A stretch of 64,000 bases of DNA, from NCBI RefSeq assembly GCF_020745735.1, contig NC_083417.1, positions 63,612,001 to 63,676,000 on the forward strand. Reading direction: 5' to 3'. Under the pieces are notes generated by a model, which ran no database searches, had not been told where the DNA came from, and saw only the letters and a list, made by a program, of their open reading frames with translations. This stretch comes from Hemiscyllium ocellatum (taxonomy: Eukaryota). Below, piece after piece: positions 12,351-26,770 of the stretch; the stretch's first letter is position 1; every line of letters starts with the position of its first letter. A program made the translations under genes and the position numbers.

Positions 12351-14559
12351 ATGGATAGTCCATACACAAAATTATATGTCACCCTTCTGGTCATCTGCAA
12401 AAAGTTATAGCAATTATTGCTATGGCAGAGTGTGGGATCCAGGTTGATTGACAGGCAGGGATATGGAGCTAAGGACAAAAACAGATCAACCACGCTCTTT
12501 TTGAATGATAGAGCATTTTGGAGTAGAGAAACGAGATAACCTTGCTCCAAAATCCTGTATCCTTATGCTTCATGATAGTGTTCATTGCTCTGCTTAACCT
12601 GGCACAAATCTGGCTCAGTAAAGAGGATTTGAACTGGTACTAGATGATTATTTTGAGTTGTGTAATCAGAAGAATGCATAGAAGCAGCGATGAGTGGTCC
12701 ATAAAATTATGACTCCCACAAATAGAACATCCATATTTATCATCAATCAATCAATCAATAATATCACCATGCCATTACGTGGTCTCGATCTTCATGTTGC
12801 TACACCTGATCAGCATGTTGAGGGAGTAAACATCACTCAAAGCATTCATGATGGCAAAAAGAGAGCATGTTGAGGTGAACAAATAGAAACATGCAATGCC
12901 ACAGTTGAAATAGAGGCAAACTGTGAGAGACATATTGTCCACTGGCTGTGTTGAGCTCTTCACTTCTGGTTGCTCCTACGTTGCACTTCATTGAAACTGG
13001 AGTGATGTGGATACACGTCCCTGGCCTTGCTCTAGAGCATTATGTTCCCATAGCGGATTAACCTTGTTATACAACACGTGAGGAAAATGGCATAGGCTGT
13101 ATCATCTGCATCTGTTCATGAGACTGTCTTCATAATAATTGCAGGAATCATTGAGTGTTTGGCATTAAGAAGGTTGAGGGTTGCCACCAAACCTGGATAT
13201 GCCACGCGCAGAGCCCCAGTGCCTTCAGACATTGAATTCTTGGCTGCTTCGTGGCTAACTGTGCACCCAGTTGAAATGGAATAAATTGCTACCTTGCATC
13301 AGGTTATTCATCTTTGAGCAATTATGCCAAATTAGCATTCAATGGTGCGCAAGGTTCGTGTCATGTGATGACCTGTAATGTGGACATTCTGCACGTAAAC
13401 AGTGAGCTGCTACATGTACAAGATCACTACGGTAGCAATACAGGAGGTTATACATTCATGAGCTGGAGACGTGGTGACAATCCTGTCATGGTTAGGTACA
13501 TCAATGGCGACTTCATTGGAGTGAATTACCTTCAGAAAATTCAAAAGATGTTGACATACTTTATGGTGTTTCTCCGTAAACACATAACCACTGATGGCTG
13601 CTGAAGCTCAACTTCTGTGGGGAGCTAAACGTTTGAAGCAGAGGTGAAGAGCGATCTGTTCCAAGCCAATAAAGTAAACAACCTGTGAGGTCTTTTTTTT
13701 AAGTTGAAATAATAGAAGCAGCATGAAGGTGTGGCGTCAAGCTCAAACAGAACCAGGATTTTACTTTAAATTTGAGTAGCTGTTGGCATTTAGAAACTAC
13801 CAACATCTCTCCCTGCTAAAGCAAAACACTTGAGTTCTTTCTGTCTTTCAGGGGTTTCTCTTGTTCTTTCCTCCTGGACTTCAGAATTGCATGTGATACA
13901 ATCTGTTTTACTGAATTTGCCTTTACCAAGGGCATATTTATGAGATGTTACTTTATTGGCAACATTGCTGTTTGGTAATTAAATAATCTATTATTCTGCG
14001 TAGTTTTCAATTATCATTCAGTTTTTCTAATTCTTCTTTATTTTGTTTTCGTTTTAACCAGAACAGAAGAATAAAATATGTTTTGCTTCCAGCTGGATTT
14101 TTTGACCAATCAAATTGCATCCAATGCACAACACCTTATATTTGTTTTTAAAAATAAGAAAAAATGGGATCTAAACTATCTTCTTAATTTTTTTTGAGGG
14201 AATTTGTGCTGATACCTAACAAATTGGGGAGTTTTGTACGGGATCAAAATCTTTAATTCCAGTTTGGGTTTAGTATTATTGGACTCAATGACAGTGACTG
14301 GTGAGTGTTGGTGTTCTCTAATTGGGTGTTGCATTCAGTTGGTTTAAGCAGGGCAAGACTTGTGCATAATTTGCTCTTTCAGTCACCGTGAGTGTCGTGG
14401 GGGTGGAAGTAGTCACTTTGGGAGGTTTACAGAAAGTGAGCAAGGTAAAAGCTTTTGGAATTGGCAGACAAGCTGGAGTTGAGGTTGCATTTGTGCAATA
14501 AGTGAAGGCAATTGCAGCAATAGCTCGACATTTATGATTTCTGAAAATGCTGTGAGAAT

Positions 14560-15480
14560 CTTTGGAAATGGCTAAAATTCAATTGGAAATGAAGCAATTT
14601 CAATTCGAGGTAAAAGAAAAGGAAAGCGAAAGGGATATGAAAAAAATGAACCATGATGTAAGGTAGAAGCAATTCGGGAGGACAAAATAGCTCTAGCAGA
14701 AGGAGCAGAAAATGCAAGGAAAACTCTATTATAACAAATGGAGAAAGAGAGTTTTTGTACTTTGGAGGTTGGAACTGAAAACTCAAAGTCCGCTTAAAAT
14801 GGTGAAGGTATGGTGAAATTGAGGACTAATTATGCTGACAGTAATGGACAGCAATCCCACTGTTGGCAAAGGTCTGTTTAAATATGTTCAAACATGGCCA
14901 AACATTGCTGAAGTGTATCAAGAGGATATAGAAGTCTTTTCCATTTCATTTGAGAAAGTGGCTAAACAAATAAAATAGCTGGTGATTAGAGGGGTGTTGT
15001 TGATCCAAGCAAGGTTGGTAGGCAAAGCCAGTGAGGTGTTTGCAACAATATCAGAGGACATATCTGGGAGTATGACGAGGTGAAAAAAAAGCCATTTTAA
15101 GTGCATATGAGCTAGCGCCAGAAACCTACACACAACGTTTTAGGAATCTGAGGAAGGAACCTCGTCAGATGTGTATAGAGTTTGAAAGGTTCAACATAGC
15201 TTTGACAGATGGATAAAAACATTGAAAATAGATTAATCTCATGATGCTTTCAGGGAAAAAAATTATTACTCCTTTGGAGGAGTTCAAAAATTTACTTCCT
15301 GAAGTAGTGAGGTCTTATTTTGAAAAGCAGAGAGTTAAAACCACAAGATTAGCAGCGGAAATGATGGATCAGTATGAGTTGGTTCATAAATGAAAGTTTG
15401 GATTTTGACTTCAATTATAATCTGTCTGGGATAAATTGGGAAAAAAAGGAGAAATTCTTTATTGATTAGCAGAAAGGAGA
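14560..15480 (+). mobile_element. Gmr1-like Gypsy LTR retrotransposon, gag with SCAN-type capsid domain (disrupted)
   Basis: Hand translation across stops and frameshifts: LEMAKIQLEMKQ, FEKVAKQ..LLIQARLVGKASEVFATISED, YDEVKKAILSAYELAPETYTQRFRNLRK, LLEEFKNLLPEVVR. Confidence 0.8.
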
Positions 15481-15489
15481 TTGCTGGGG

Positions 15490-17585
15490 GAAAGACAATT
15501 ATGATGCGATTAGGTAAGAGTTTGGTGCATGGGATGGGGAAGGAAACTGCAGGGGGTGGACACAATTGAAATACGGATCTTATTCAAAGAACAGCGACTG
15601 CGTGTTATTGATAAGTATGTACCTGTCAGGCATGGAGGAAGTGGTCGAGCGGGGGAGCCGTGGTTTACTAAAGAAATTGAAACTCTCATCAAAAGGAAGA
15701 AGAAAACTTATGCCAGGATGAGACGCGAAGGCTCAGTTAGGGCACTTGAGAGTTATACATTAGCCAGGAAAGTCTAAAGAAGAGCCAGGAGGGGACAAGA
15801 GAAGTCGTTGCCAGATAGGATCAAGGAAAACCCTAAAGTCTTCTGTAGGAATATCAGGAATAAAAAAAAATCTAGAGAAAAGTTAGGGCCAGTCAAGGAT
15901 AAAAGCGATAAGTTGTGCGTGGAGTTTGAGGAGATGGGGAAGCGCTAAATGAATGTTTTTTCTCAGTAGTCACACTAAAAAAAGACTGTTTTTGAGGAGA
16001 ATACTGAGATGCAGTAGATGGGATCAAGGTTCACAAGGAGGAATTCTGGAGAGTGTGAAAAAAGAGAAGTCCCCTGGGCTGGATGGGATTTGTCCTAGGC
16101 TTCTCTGGGCGGCCAGGGAGAAGATTGCAGAGCTTTTGACTTTGACATTGATGTCATCGTTGTCTACAGGAATAGCGCCAGAAGATTGGAGAATAGTAAA
16201 TGTTGCCCTTTTGTTCAAAAAAGAAAGTAGAGACAAACCTGGTAATTATAGATTAGTGAGTTTTACTTTGGTTGTGGATAAAGTGTTGGAAAAGGTTATA
16301 AGAGATAGAATTTATAATTATCTGGAGAGGAATAGGTTGATTATGTATAGCCAACATGTTGTTGTGAAAGGTAGCTCATGCCTCACAAACCTTATTGAGT
16401 TCTTTGAGATGGGGACCAAACAGATGGATGAGAGTAAAGTGGTTGACGTGGTGTATAGGGATTTCAGTAAGGCATTTGCTAATGTTCCCCACAGTAGGTA
16501 ATCGCACAAAATGTGGAGACACAGGATTGAGGGAGATTTAATGGTTTGGATTAGAAATTGGCTCGCTGAAAGAAGACAGAGGGTGGTGGTTGGTGGGAAA
16601 CGTTCATCTAGAGTTCAGTTACTAGTGGTGTACTGTAAGGATCTTGGGTCCACTGCTGTTTGTCATTTTTATATATGAACTGGATGTGGCCATAGAAGGA
16701 AAGTTTGGTAAATTTGCGGATAACACTAAGATTGGTGGAGTTGTGCATAGTGCTGAAGGATGTTGTAGGTTAGATAGGTACATAAATAAGCTGCAGAGCT
16801 GGGTTGAGAGGTGGCAAATAGAGTTTAATGAAGAAAAGTGTGAGGAGATTCACTTTGGAAATAGCAACATGAATGGGCTAATGGAAAGATTCTTAGTAGT
16901 GTTGAAGAACAGACAGATCTTGGTGTCCATGTGAATAGATCCTTGTAAGTTGCCACCCATGTTGATAGGGTTGTTGGGAAGGCAGATGGTGTGCTCGCTT
17001 TTATAGGTAGAGGGACTGCATTTCAGAGCCACGCGGTCATGCTGTATGAAACTCTGGTGTGGCCACACTTGAGTTTTGCATACATTTCTGGTCACCATGT
17101 TAGGAAGGATGTGGAAGCTTTGGAAAAGGTTCAGAGACGATATAATAGGATGTTGCCTTGTATGGAGGGAAGGTCTTATGAGGAAAGGCTGAGGAACTTG
17201 AGGCTGTTTTCTTTCGCGAGATGAAGGGTGAGAGGTGACATAATTGAGACATATACAATCATCAGAAGTTTAGATAGGTGGACAGTGAGAGCCGTTATCC
17301 TTGGATGTCGGTGGCTAGCATGAGGGGACACAGCTATAAATTGAGAGGTGGACAGATATAGGACAGATGTCAGAGGTAGTTTCTTTATTCAGAGAATAGT
17401 GGGGGCAAGAAACGCACTGTCTGCAAGAGTAGTGGACTCGCTGACTTTAAGGGCATTTAAAAGGTCATTGGATAAACATATGGATGAAAATGGAATAGTG
17501 TAGGATAGTAAGCTTCAGATTGGTTACATAGGTCTGCACAACATCGAGGGCAGAAGGGCCTGTACTGCACAATAATGCTCTGTGT
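15490..17585 (+). mobile_element. 5'-truncated CR1-clade LINE (RT region) nested inside the Gmr1-like gag
   Basis: KSPGLDGICPRLL, LFKKESRDKPGNYRLVSFT, RDFSKAFANVPH, KFADNTKIGG, and a 3' end GGGCAGAAGGGCCTGTACTG...ATGCTCTGTGTTC. Confidence 0.92.
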
Positions 17586-17589
17586 TCGA

Positions 17590-18810
17590 TATTGGACGTG
17601 GATTACATTGAAAATAGTTTATCATAGGGTTAAAAAGGAAGCCCATGAAAGGAAAAAGGAAGTAAAAAAGCGAAGGTCACTTTTAAAAAAGGTATGCCAC
17701 ATGAGGTTGCAGTGCTGGTGTTTAGAAAAAGTGTTGGGAAGACAGATGTTGGAAAACCAGGTAAGCCAATTAGTTTTGTTGAAGTGGTAAATGAAAGTAT
17801 AGTGGAAGCTAAAATGCTGCAAAAAAGAAGTACAAGCGGATCAGGAATTGGTTGAGACGATAGCTGCAGGTCTCTTTAACAAAGTTACGAACGTGGGTAA
17901 GGTTTATTCATTTGCGCCAGGAAGAGCAGGCAAAGAAATTAAGATTTTAAGAGATACACTGTGATGTAATCTTTGATAGTCAGAGAGAAGAGATATGTAA
18001 TTTAGAAGAAGTTTTGCCAGAAAAAGTGGTAATATATGGAATTCATGGTGAGCAGAACGGTTTTCCATTATGTAAAATCAAGTTGCAGAGTCCGCTGAAA
18101 AGTGGTGAATTGGTAGTAAGAAATTCTCTGTTCTGCAAATACAGCTTATATCATAATATAACTGCGTTACAATTGGAGAAGTTGCCTACTGTGGTTGAAA
18201 ATCACGAAAACTAAGATATTACAGGAAGGAAATCTCAGGAGTTTTCCTGACTATATAGTAACAAGGTCACAAAGCTATAGATGTAAACAGGAGGTGAAAA
18301 GAAGAATAAAGATAAGGAAGTTGAAGTTTAATTATCTGAAACCTTGTTGATCAAATGGTTGAGTAATAAACATAGATGGGGAGACTACAAAGTGGATATT
18401 TTTAATTCAGATAAATTAGCTGAATAACAACAGAAAAAAAGGAAACTAAAGTCGCTGTATCAAAAAACATTCACCGAGGAAGAATCTGATTGTATTCCAT
18501 AATGTTACTATTTTTTAAAAAAAATGAAGTCTTAATGAGGAAATGGAAACCATCATATATTAATTGAGATGAAAAATGGGCAGATGTTCTTCAAGTTGTG
18601 TTACTGGTTGGTGATAGAAAGGAGGTGTTGCAGGTCTCAGATGAGTTACTGGCAGGAGGTCATTTAGAGGTCAAAAAAACTTAAACCAAAATATAAAAAC
18701 ATTTATATTAGCCTGAAGTGCACAAGGATGTGGCTGACTTTTGCTGAGCATGTCATACGTATCGAGCAATTGGCAAACCTCAGGGAGTGATAAATTCAAT
18801 ATCAGTCTTA
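17590..18810 (+). mobile_element. Gmr1-like element continued: degenerate zinc knuckle, protease, then N-terminal HHCC region of integrase
   Basis: HMRLQCW (knuckle remnant), KEIKILRDT (protease site), PLCKIKLQSPLKSGELVV, VTRSQ, then LMRKWKP...KEVL...GHL..KKT...KDV..FC..CHT. Integrase directly follows protease. Confidence 0.78.
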
Positions 18811-18901
18811 ATTAATTGCATAGGGCCCCTGGATAAAACAGATGGAAATCAGCATTTGTTGACCAAAATGCCACACATCTCTCCATGCAAAATTATTGGA
18901 T

Positions 18902-18918
18902 TCTCTCTCTCTCACTCT

Positions 18919-18949
<31 letters not shown>

Positions 18950-18998
18950 AGTCTTTCTCTCTCTCTCTCTCTTTTTCTGTCTGACTGTCTCTCTCTCT
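18902..18998. repeat. (CT)n microsatellite, imperfect
   Basis: Directly visible. Confidence 0.95.
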
Positions 18999-21900
18999 TT
19001 GCAAAAGGTGTGATTATGAAATGTTACTATGAAATGTTAATATGATGAACAGTTGTGGTTTAGTAATTAAATGATCCATTATTGTGTTAAGCTTTTCAAT
19101 GGAGTTAAGTGATTCTAATTCTTTTTATTTCGTTTATATTTTAAATCTAGTGTATGAATAAATGTGCTTTCCTTCAAATCGGGCAGTTTGATCAAATAAA
19201 ATGCGTCCAGAACACAATACCTTACATTTGCCTTCAAAAAATAGCAAAAGGTTGGGATCAAGGCTATCATCTTAATATCTTTTAAGGAGGCTTGTTCTGG
19301 TCCATAACAGTGTGCTGGACAGATGTTATGCAGCATTCACACCCTCCTCCTCTGTATGGTTGCACTGGTGTCGATCCCCTCTGGTTTTCCGCCATAGGCG
19401 GAAGTCCTTTACTGGCATCCCGAGATCACCCGTATTCCTGCCATTACGTGTTTCATGTGGGCATCATGCATCACTGAAAAGACAAATGAGAAAGGTATAT
19501 GTCCACAATTATTGCAGCTGTTTACATGTTGGGCGATCCACACCTGGTTCATCCTTTGTAGTAACCTGAAGTACTGATACTAGCCAACCTCCGTCGCCCA
19601 ATTTTGCATGTGTTATCATTGTCAAAATAGGCACAACATATTCTATTCATCTCCACTCATTTTCTTTTTGAGCTCTATTCTACAGCAACCCAGAATGTGG
19701 CATGCAGAGCACATAATCCTGCATCACGTGTAATGCCCGTAAGTTGCAATTAAATAAAGATATCAAGCAGAGAACTTGATCATTGGCACATTAGTTCTAC
19801 ATGCAAATGTTGTTTTATTAAGGTTTACAAAGAAGAAGAGTAAAGAAAATTTACAGCCCAGGAACAGACCCTTCGGCCCTCCAAGCCTGAGCCGATTCAA
19901 ATCCACTGTCCAAGCCTAGCACCCAATTCTAAAGCATCTGCATCCCTTTGCTCTGTTAAGCTGACACTTGATTTTTCAATTTCTTGCCTACATCCACACA
20001 GTCTTCTCTGGTGTAGTAATGTTAGCTGGCACAACAGCATTCAATGAAAAGGACTGTATTGAATCACGTTTTTGGAACTATTAATGAAATCTTCAAATTG
20101 ATAAATTGTTGAAAATGAAAGCAAATGCTTGCATGAACAGCATAAGCAAGGATTTTGTCAAACGGCATTACTGTCCAGAAACCTGACGTAAAATTCAATG
20201 TTTATTCATTGAACTAGTTTTAAGATATCGAGACTGAGAGCTAACCCTTGTTTTCATTTCGTTTTGGATTTCATGTTAATATTTTCAAATTCAGTGTGTT
20301 CCTGTTAAATTGAACTTTGCACCTAGTGGTAAAAAAACCTACTTTAATAAAATGAGCAAAGGGTGTCAATAACAAGCAAGATTATATACACGATAATTCT
20401 TTGCCACAGCAGAATAATGTTTGACTAACATTTTTGGCCAACTTTTTTTTAAAGTGGATATTCTTAAATGAACTACCGATTTTGCACACTAGAATGTTAA
20501 ATTTGTCTTGAATTATTGCAATGACATGACCAATGTTTCGCAATGTGAATAAAATGACTGCGTGCTGGCGATGTGATATTTCACGGTCCTTTCAGACAGA
20601 TGCGGAAGTTATTTTTGTTCAGGAAGCTTCAATTGCATTAGTGCAGATGCTAATATTAAAACCCTCAGCAAAACACAAAAAAAATTGCTGCTTATAATCA
20701 CATCTTTCTATACTGAAAATATATGAATTGTGTTTGATGTGCAATGTTGCACTCACTAAGAGAACATGTGCTCAGAGCCTGAGAGAAGCAGACCACGAAC
20801 CTATTGTTTTTTGAAGAGAAGTGACAAATGATAGGATGATGCAATGATTTATATTCTAATCCAATCTAGACACAATCAAATTGCAGCATAGCACCATATC
20901 AATTTGCATTCAAACTAAAAGTAACCTCATCCCACCCCACGTCCACCACCCCGGTACAGTACAGGACATGTACCTGTTATGCTGTGGGGAAAAATATTCG
21001 GAGAGTCTTGTAATGTTGTTGAAAGTGTACAAATTTGTTTTCAGTAATGTAATTATAAATTAATAAGGAATATAAAATCAAATCATGCAATATTCTATAG
21101 ATAGCTAAAAAGGACAAATATATGATTCGCAAAGAAAACTGGGTGCGCTTGCAGACAGAAATCAGACAACCTGTGATAGCAAATTAGGAATAGATGGAGA
21201 AACCTTGTGACTATCTTTATGGAGGAAAATACAAGAAATGTCCCAAATATAATACAAATAGAAGAGACTGGTGACTATGTGTTACTGAAATAAATTAATA
21301 TTGGTAAGGACGTGGTGTTGGAAAAAAGAATGAGACTGAAATTTGATAATTCCCAGAGAACCAATTATGAACTTCTAGAGTGTTTAAATAGGTCCCTTTA
21401 TTGATGGAGGATGCATTTCTTGTGTTATACATCAGACCAGATCTCCTCAAAATACTTTCAGAAGTTAACCTAGACCCTGACTTTCCCTTCTTTTGAAGGT
21501 AGATGTGAAGTGAATGCTCCAGATGTGATGCAACTGGTCAAACCACGCTGCTTTAAGCAAAACAGATTTAAAAAAAAACATTATAGTTGAAACATGAACA
21601 AAAGAAAGTGGAATTTAAAACAACTTACCTATTGGAAAACTTAACCTACCTGATGAAGCAACTTTACTAATGATCTGTTCTAATATTCTAACACCCTATA
21701 AACAAGCTTCTTGGCAAAAGGTAAATTTAGATCCAGATTCTTACAGACTGGAGGGAATAACATCAGCGAGATTTTAGAGAAAGTCAGTTAAGAATCCTTT
21801 GCTGAAGCTTTGAGTACCCCTTTGGTAGTCAAAACATCTTGTGACTGCCACAGCTAAAAGAAATAGAAAGCACTGAACTGGGAAAACTGGACAACCCTTT

Positions 21901-22623
21901 CCATTGTTAAACACTTCTGAATTCCTAGCTCAAGAGACTTGTTGGCATCTCTGCCTTTACAACCTCTCTTCAAAAAAGCCCAGGACAAAACAACCTTTTT
22001 AAAGTGACAGCATCGTCACACTTGTAATGTTTAAGGTCACATTGATTCTGGAATAACTCTTCCAGATTAGATGGTTACAAATAAAACTCTACTGTACAAG
22101 AAAGGAGGAAAGAAGAAGTGGGAAACTGCAACTCTGTTAGCCTGATGTCAATAGTATGGAAAAATCGAGAACCTAACATGGAAGATACGAAATTTGGCAC
22201 TTAGAGTGTAATGATACGAGTGATTACATGGTTTGATAAACCTATTGGACAATATCACAGAGTGGGCAAAGGGGATGAGGTGTATAAAGATTTTCAAAAA
22301 GCCTTCGATAAGCTCCCATACAAGAGGCTGGGTAACAAAATTACGCCAGATTAGAAAAGTGCCAAATGCTCATAAAAATAGCCATCTGCTTAACCATAAG
22401 ACAATAGATATAAACAGGCCATTGCCGGATTGGCAAACTGTGCCCCTCCTCAATATCTGCTATATTCAGAATGTCGCTAACACTGTTGACCAACGAGATT
22501 CTCACTCTATCCCTCCAAATTTGCTCACAAAGCTAATAATCACTTACCACAACTATTTCAGGACTAGTTTAAGAATGAAAAAAATGCATGAGATCAATGT
22601 GGCATTTACTGGCAGGCTTGTAG

Positions 22624-22925
22624 GTGGCACGGTGGCTCAGTGGTCAGCACGGCTGCCTCACAGTCTCAGGGACTTGGGTCCGATTCTAGCCTTGGGCGAC
22701 TGTTTAGTATTTGCAGATATTCGTGTGAGTTTCCAGTAGGTGCTCCAGTTACCTCTCACAGTCGGAAGATGTGCAGGTTAGGTAGATTGACCTTGTTAAA
22801 TTGCCCACATTGTTCAGGAATGAGAGGGTTGCATGGGGTGAGTCTGGGTGGAATGCGTTTTGGAGGATGGATGTGGATTTGATGGGTCAAATGGCATGCT
22901 TCTACACCGTAAGGATTCCAACCCA
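22624..22925 (+). mobile_element. tRNA-derived SINE (HE1-type) with CR1-like 3' tail
   Basis: Head GGCACGGTGGCTCAGTGGTCAGCAC (A box) ...GGGTCCGATTC (B box); body GATGTGCAGGTTAGG...AAATTGCCC. Confidence 0.8.
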
Positions 22926-25900
22926 GAATGTTTTCGTTTCTGTGCGAATATAGTAAACGGAGCCATAATTTATGGATAAACTGCATATTGCATCAGAATT
23001 ATGTAACCTGCAAAGTCATTTACAGATTTGGGCATTCACAGATTGCAGATTAGAGAATAAAGTTTAAGTAAACATCTCGGTAGGAGCTCCACAGTAAAAA
23101 CAATTTTTAGGCGAAGATAACCAAGTGGAAGTTGAAGTTGAGCTTTTGAGGGAAAGTCCTTCGCAATTTTAACCTAGAGTGATCCAAGGAAGTTACAAGC
23201 CTAGTCAGCTTCAATCTCATGTGAGAATTTGTATTGTGTACTCGCAAGCTAACATCAAACTGTGGAACAGATATATGAAATAAATTTATTATTAGTCAAT
23301 ATATTTCCAAGATGGCTGTTTAAAACTACACGGAGTCTGATATTATTATTGTGACAGAAAACCTGCTACCATGCATTTTAAAAAGAAAATGACATTCTAG
23401 AACGTGTACGAATTCGGCAGACCAGTATCCAGCAGCTTGGTGATTTCTTGAAGTTTGTGGTCAGAATGGCTTTGCGAAGCGTCAGTTTCAGAATAGTTTG
23501 TTTATATTATATCGAAATGCATATGGGAAAGAATCGGAGACCAGCAAAGTTCCTTCAACCTTGCACATTTCGTTTTTATCACATTATTTCAATTGGTTTT
23601 CTTATTCCTTTTATTGCATCTTGACCGCTTTCTTCTCCATGTTTTAGATCAAACAATTTAACAAACTTGAAATGCACTTTATGACAGCAACTTATTATAA
23701 AACCATTTGAATGAACAATTAATTCGGAGAGGCTGACATGGTCTTCCACTTGTATATTTTCTGCAATACTCGTCAAGTTGGAATGAAGAAAGTGCCCTAA
23801 CAATTAAAGGTCAAATTTGCTCAGTGACCAAGAATTTTTCTGTCTGAAAGATTGTTTACAATGGGATTCCACAGAATTCAAAACCGAGCATCTTATTTTT
23901 GGTATAGATCAATTAATTAAATTTTCATGTAAAAAATGGCAAATGCTTATAAAAAATCATGTGTTTCATCAAGTTACTTTAAACTTCCGTTAGTGACAAA
24001 ATTAATGTTTATTAATTCAACAAATTCCATTTGCAATATCTATTTACTTACCAATTTCGTCCCTTCTTTGAGTGCTGATGTTTCCTGAAGGACTCCAAAA
24101 CTGCCTTATAGGAAATTAGTCGTGTTTAAAAAAACACAACGACGTTGAGCTGTCATTACCAAAACAATGATGAGTGGAAATTTTGAATGAAAATCCTGTA
24201 AAAACAATTCAGTCAATTCTTAGTTTACTTATTGCAGGATGCCATAAATCAAACTGTGTCAGTATTTTCTGGTCAACTGAAGCTCCCTGACTTTGCTCCC
24301 GTCCTTTTCCTGATTTGTTTCCGAAACTAAAATGCCCCAAAAATCTTGACTTAACAGCATTCTGGGAGTCATTTAATCAGTTCAACTGCAGAGTTTATAA
24401 CGAAATTTTCCGTTCACCTTTTCAAGATCAACTCGGAATAAATGATTACATGATGATCTACACCACCATCAACAACCTAATGGCAAATTAAATAGTACAT
24501 AATTGATCCTACTTCAATTACCTTCTACCCTTGCCTGCACAAACACTTACGCTTCAATGCTCAATGTTTCACTAAACCTTGTGAGATACCTGTCTTCAAA
24601 CAGGACGAAAGAAGTATTGCTGCAAATGCATAGAACATTTGTCAGACCGAACATTTAGTATTGCGTACAGTTTTGGCCTCCCTACTGAAGAAGGATATAG
24701 TTGTCACAGAAAGAGTACAATGAAAGTTCACCTGACTGTACCCGAGGTGGTAACTTTGCCCTGTGAGACAGAGATTGAGGAGACTCGTAATATATTCTCA
24801 AGATCTTTGAATAATTGTGAGTGATATAATTGAAGTATACAAAATTCTTTCAGAGCGCGAAAGGGTACTTGTTGCAAGGATGTGGCTGGAACCAGGAACA
24901 CCACCTCAGAATAAGAGACATGTTGTTTAGGAGTGACATAAAAAGGAATTTCTTCGTACAGAGGATGTCAAAAATCTAGAGTTCCTTTCACTGGAAACAG
25001 AACACCTTTCGTCTTCTTTTCTAGTCAAATACGTACTTAACTGTTGATATTTTATCTTTTGCATGCTGATGCCAGTGATATTCTGTTGTCCCCTCTGTTG
25101 GGCATGGATACCTTTTCGAGGTTAACGCTCCCTTCTCGTTTGGGATGTTATCAAAAGTTTTCTAATTGATTCATAACAATCACTCTATGAGCTGCCCCCA
25201 CATTTACACAAGTAAATGTTTGTCACCAACATTGCCCTCACCCACCCACCCACCCCCCTCCCCACCACCCCAGTTCCCAGAACCTGCTTCATTTTGCAAG
25301 GTTTGTGAAGGTTCATATTCTTTGCTGAAGTTCTACGTTTTTTGTAACGCGAGCTGAATCAAGTCGACCAGTGAGGACTAATGATGGGAAACGTTGAATC
25401 AAAGAGTGACGGAGCAGCAGAGGAGAGAAGTCAACTACACGAGAGAATAAAACACACAAACCGGAATTGCGGTACAAGGAGTATTGACCACAGCAAGTCT
25501 ATAGGTAATTACGTAATTTCATTTTAGCATAATTAACTTAAACCAGAACAAGTAAATAAATTAATTAAAAAAATGTTGAGGTTAGGGTAATTTAATTAGA
25601 GTCATGGAATCATGGAGCACAAAACAGGGTCCTCCAGTCGAACTCGCTCATGACAGTTACCTTTCTCAAACTAAACTAATCCCGTTTACCCGCGTTTGGT
25701 TCTTATCTCGTTAAACCCTTACTGTCCGTGCAGCTGCAGATGTACTACGTAATGCAAATGTAATCCATGTATTCGTTGAGATTTCCCCTGCTAATTGACA
25801 ACAGTTACTTAAATTTCAGATTTTCATTGAATCCAAATTCCACCAGTTGCTATGGTGGGATTCAAGCCTGGGTGTCCAGAACAGTACCTGGGTCTCTGTG

Positions 25901-26127
25901 TTACCAATCCAGCCATAATACCGCTAGGCCATCGCTTCCCCTTATGCCGAACATTCTAAGATTGACCTTCCAAGAATCAGGTTGAATAATATGCATGTGT
26001 TTAAAATATTAGTAGCATCATGTGTTACCTTCTAGAGAATTATTAAAATATTTTTGACAGCTCTTACAAAATAACAAATCATTTTTTGGGACTAAGTCAG
26101 GAAAAAAAAATTGTCTGTTCACTATAT

Positions 26128-26770
26128 TAATGTAGGAGTTGTGCTACCTATCAAGCAACACTATCACAGACTCAATCCAGAGAGATTAAGTCAAGTGAGG
26201 GAAGAGATTAAATTCATGATAGATAATGATACTACGGAGTTCACCTGACCTGACTGTGCTGAGATGAATGGATCACAATCATTCTGTACTAGCACAAAGT
26301 TAACACATTACTGAAAGTAGACTCATACCTTATTCAAAGATTGGAACTGTGCAATGAACATTTTGGACACACTTATTAATTGACTTTCTAGAGGCAAAGG
26401 TGCCATGCTTCATTGAGAGATAAAGAAATGCAATACTGGGTTTTGTAACACTGGCTAGATTCTAACAATGCAAAAACACCCCAGTCAGAATGAAAAATCT
26501 ACCAGCAACCTTCCAATGATTAGCCAATGAGATCGTTAAAGTAATATGTAACTGCATTATGTAGACAGATGTTTTCATTTTCACCCATCAAAACCGCTGG
26601 AAGGATATTTACAGCACTTAATTGAACTGCTTGAAAGTTACAATAAAAACTTATAAATATGGCTATTAATGAATTTTCCAGAGCAAACGTTACATATTTG
26701 GTCGACGCAGCGGGACAAGGCCATGTAGCATCGAGAGAAGAATAAAGAATGGCTGTTTTGAATTTTCACT
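26128..26770 (+). mobile_element. Gmr1-like Gypsy reverse transcriptase fragment (decayed)
   Basis: NVGVVLPIKQHYHRLNPERLSQVREEIKFMIDND, KVNTLLKVDSYLIQR, RMKNLPATFQ, EFSRANVTYL..GQGHV. Confidence 0.75.
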
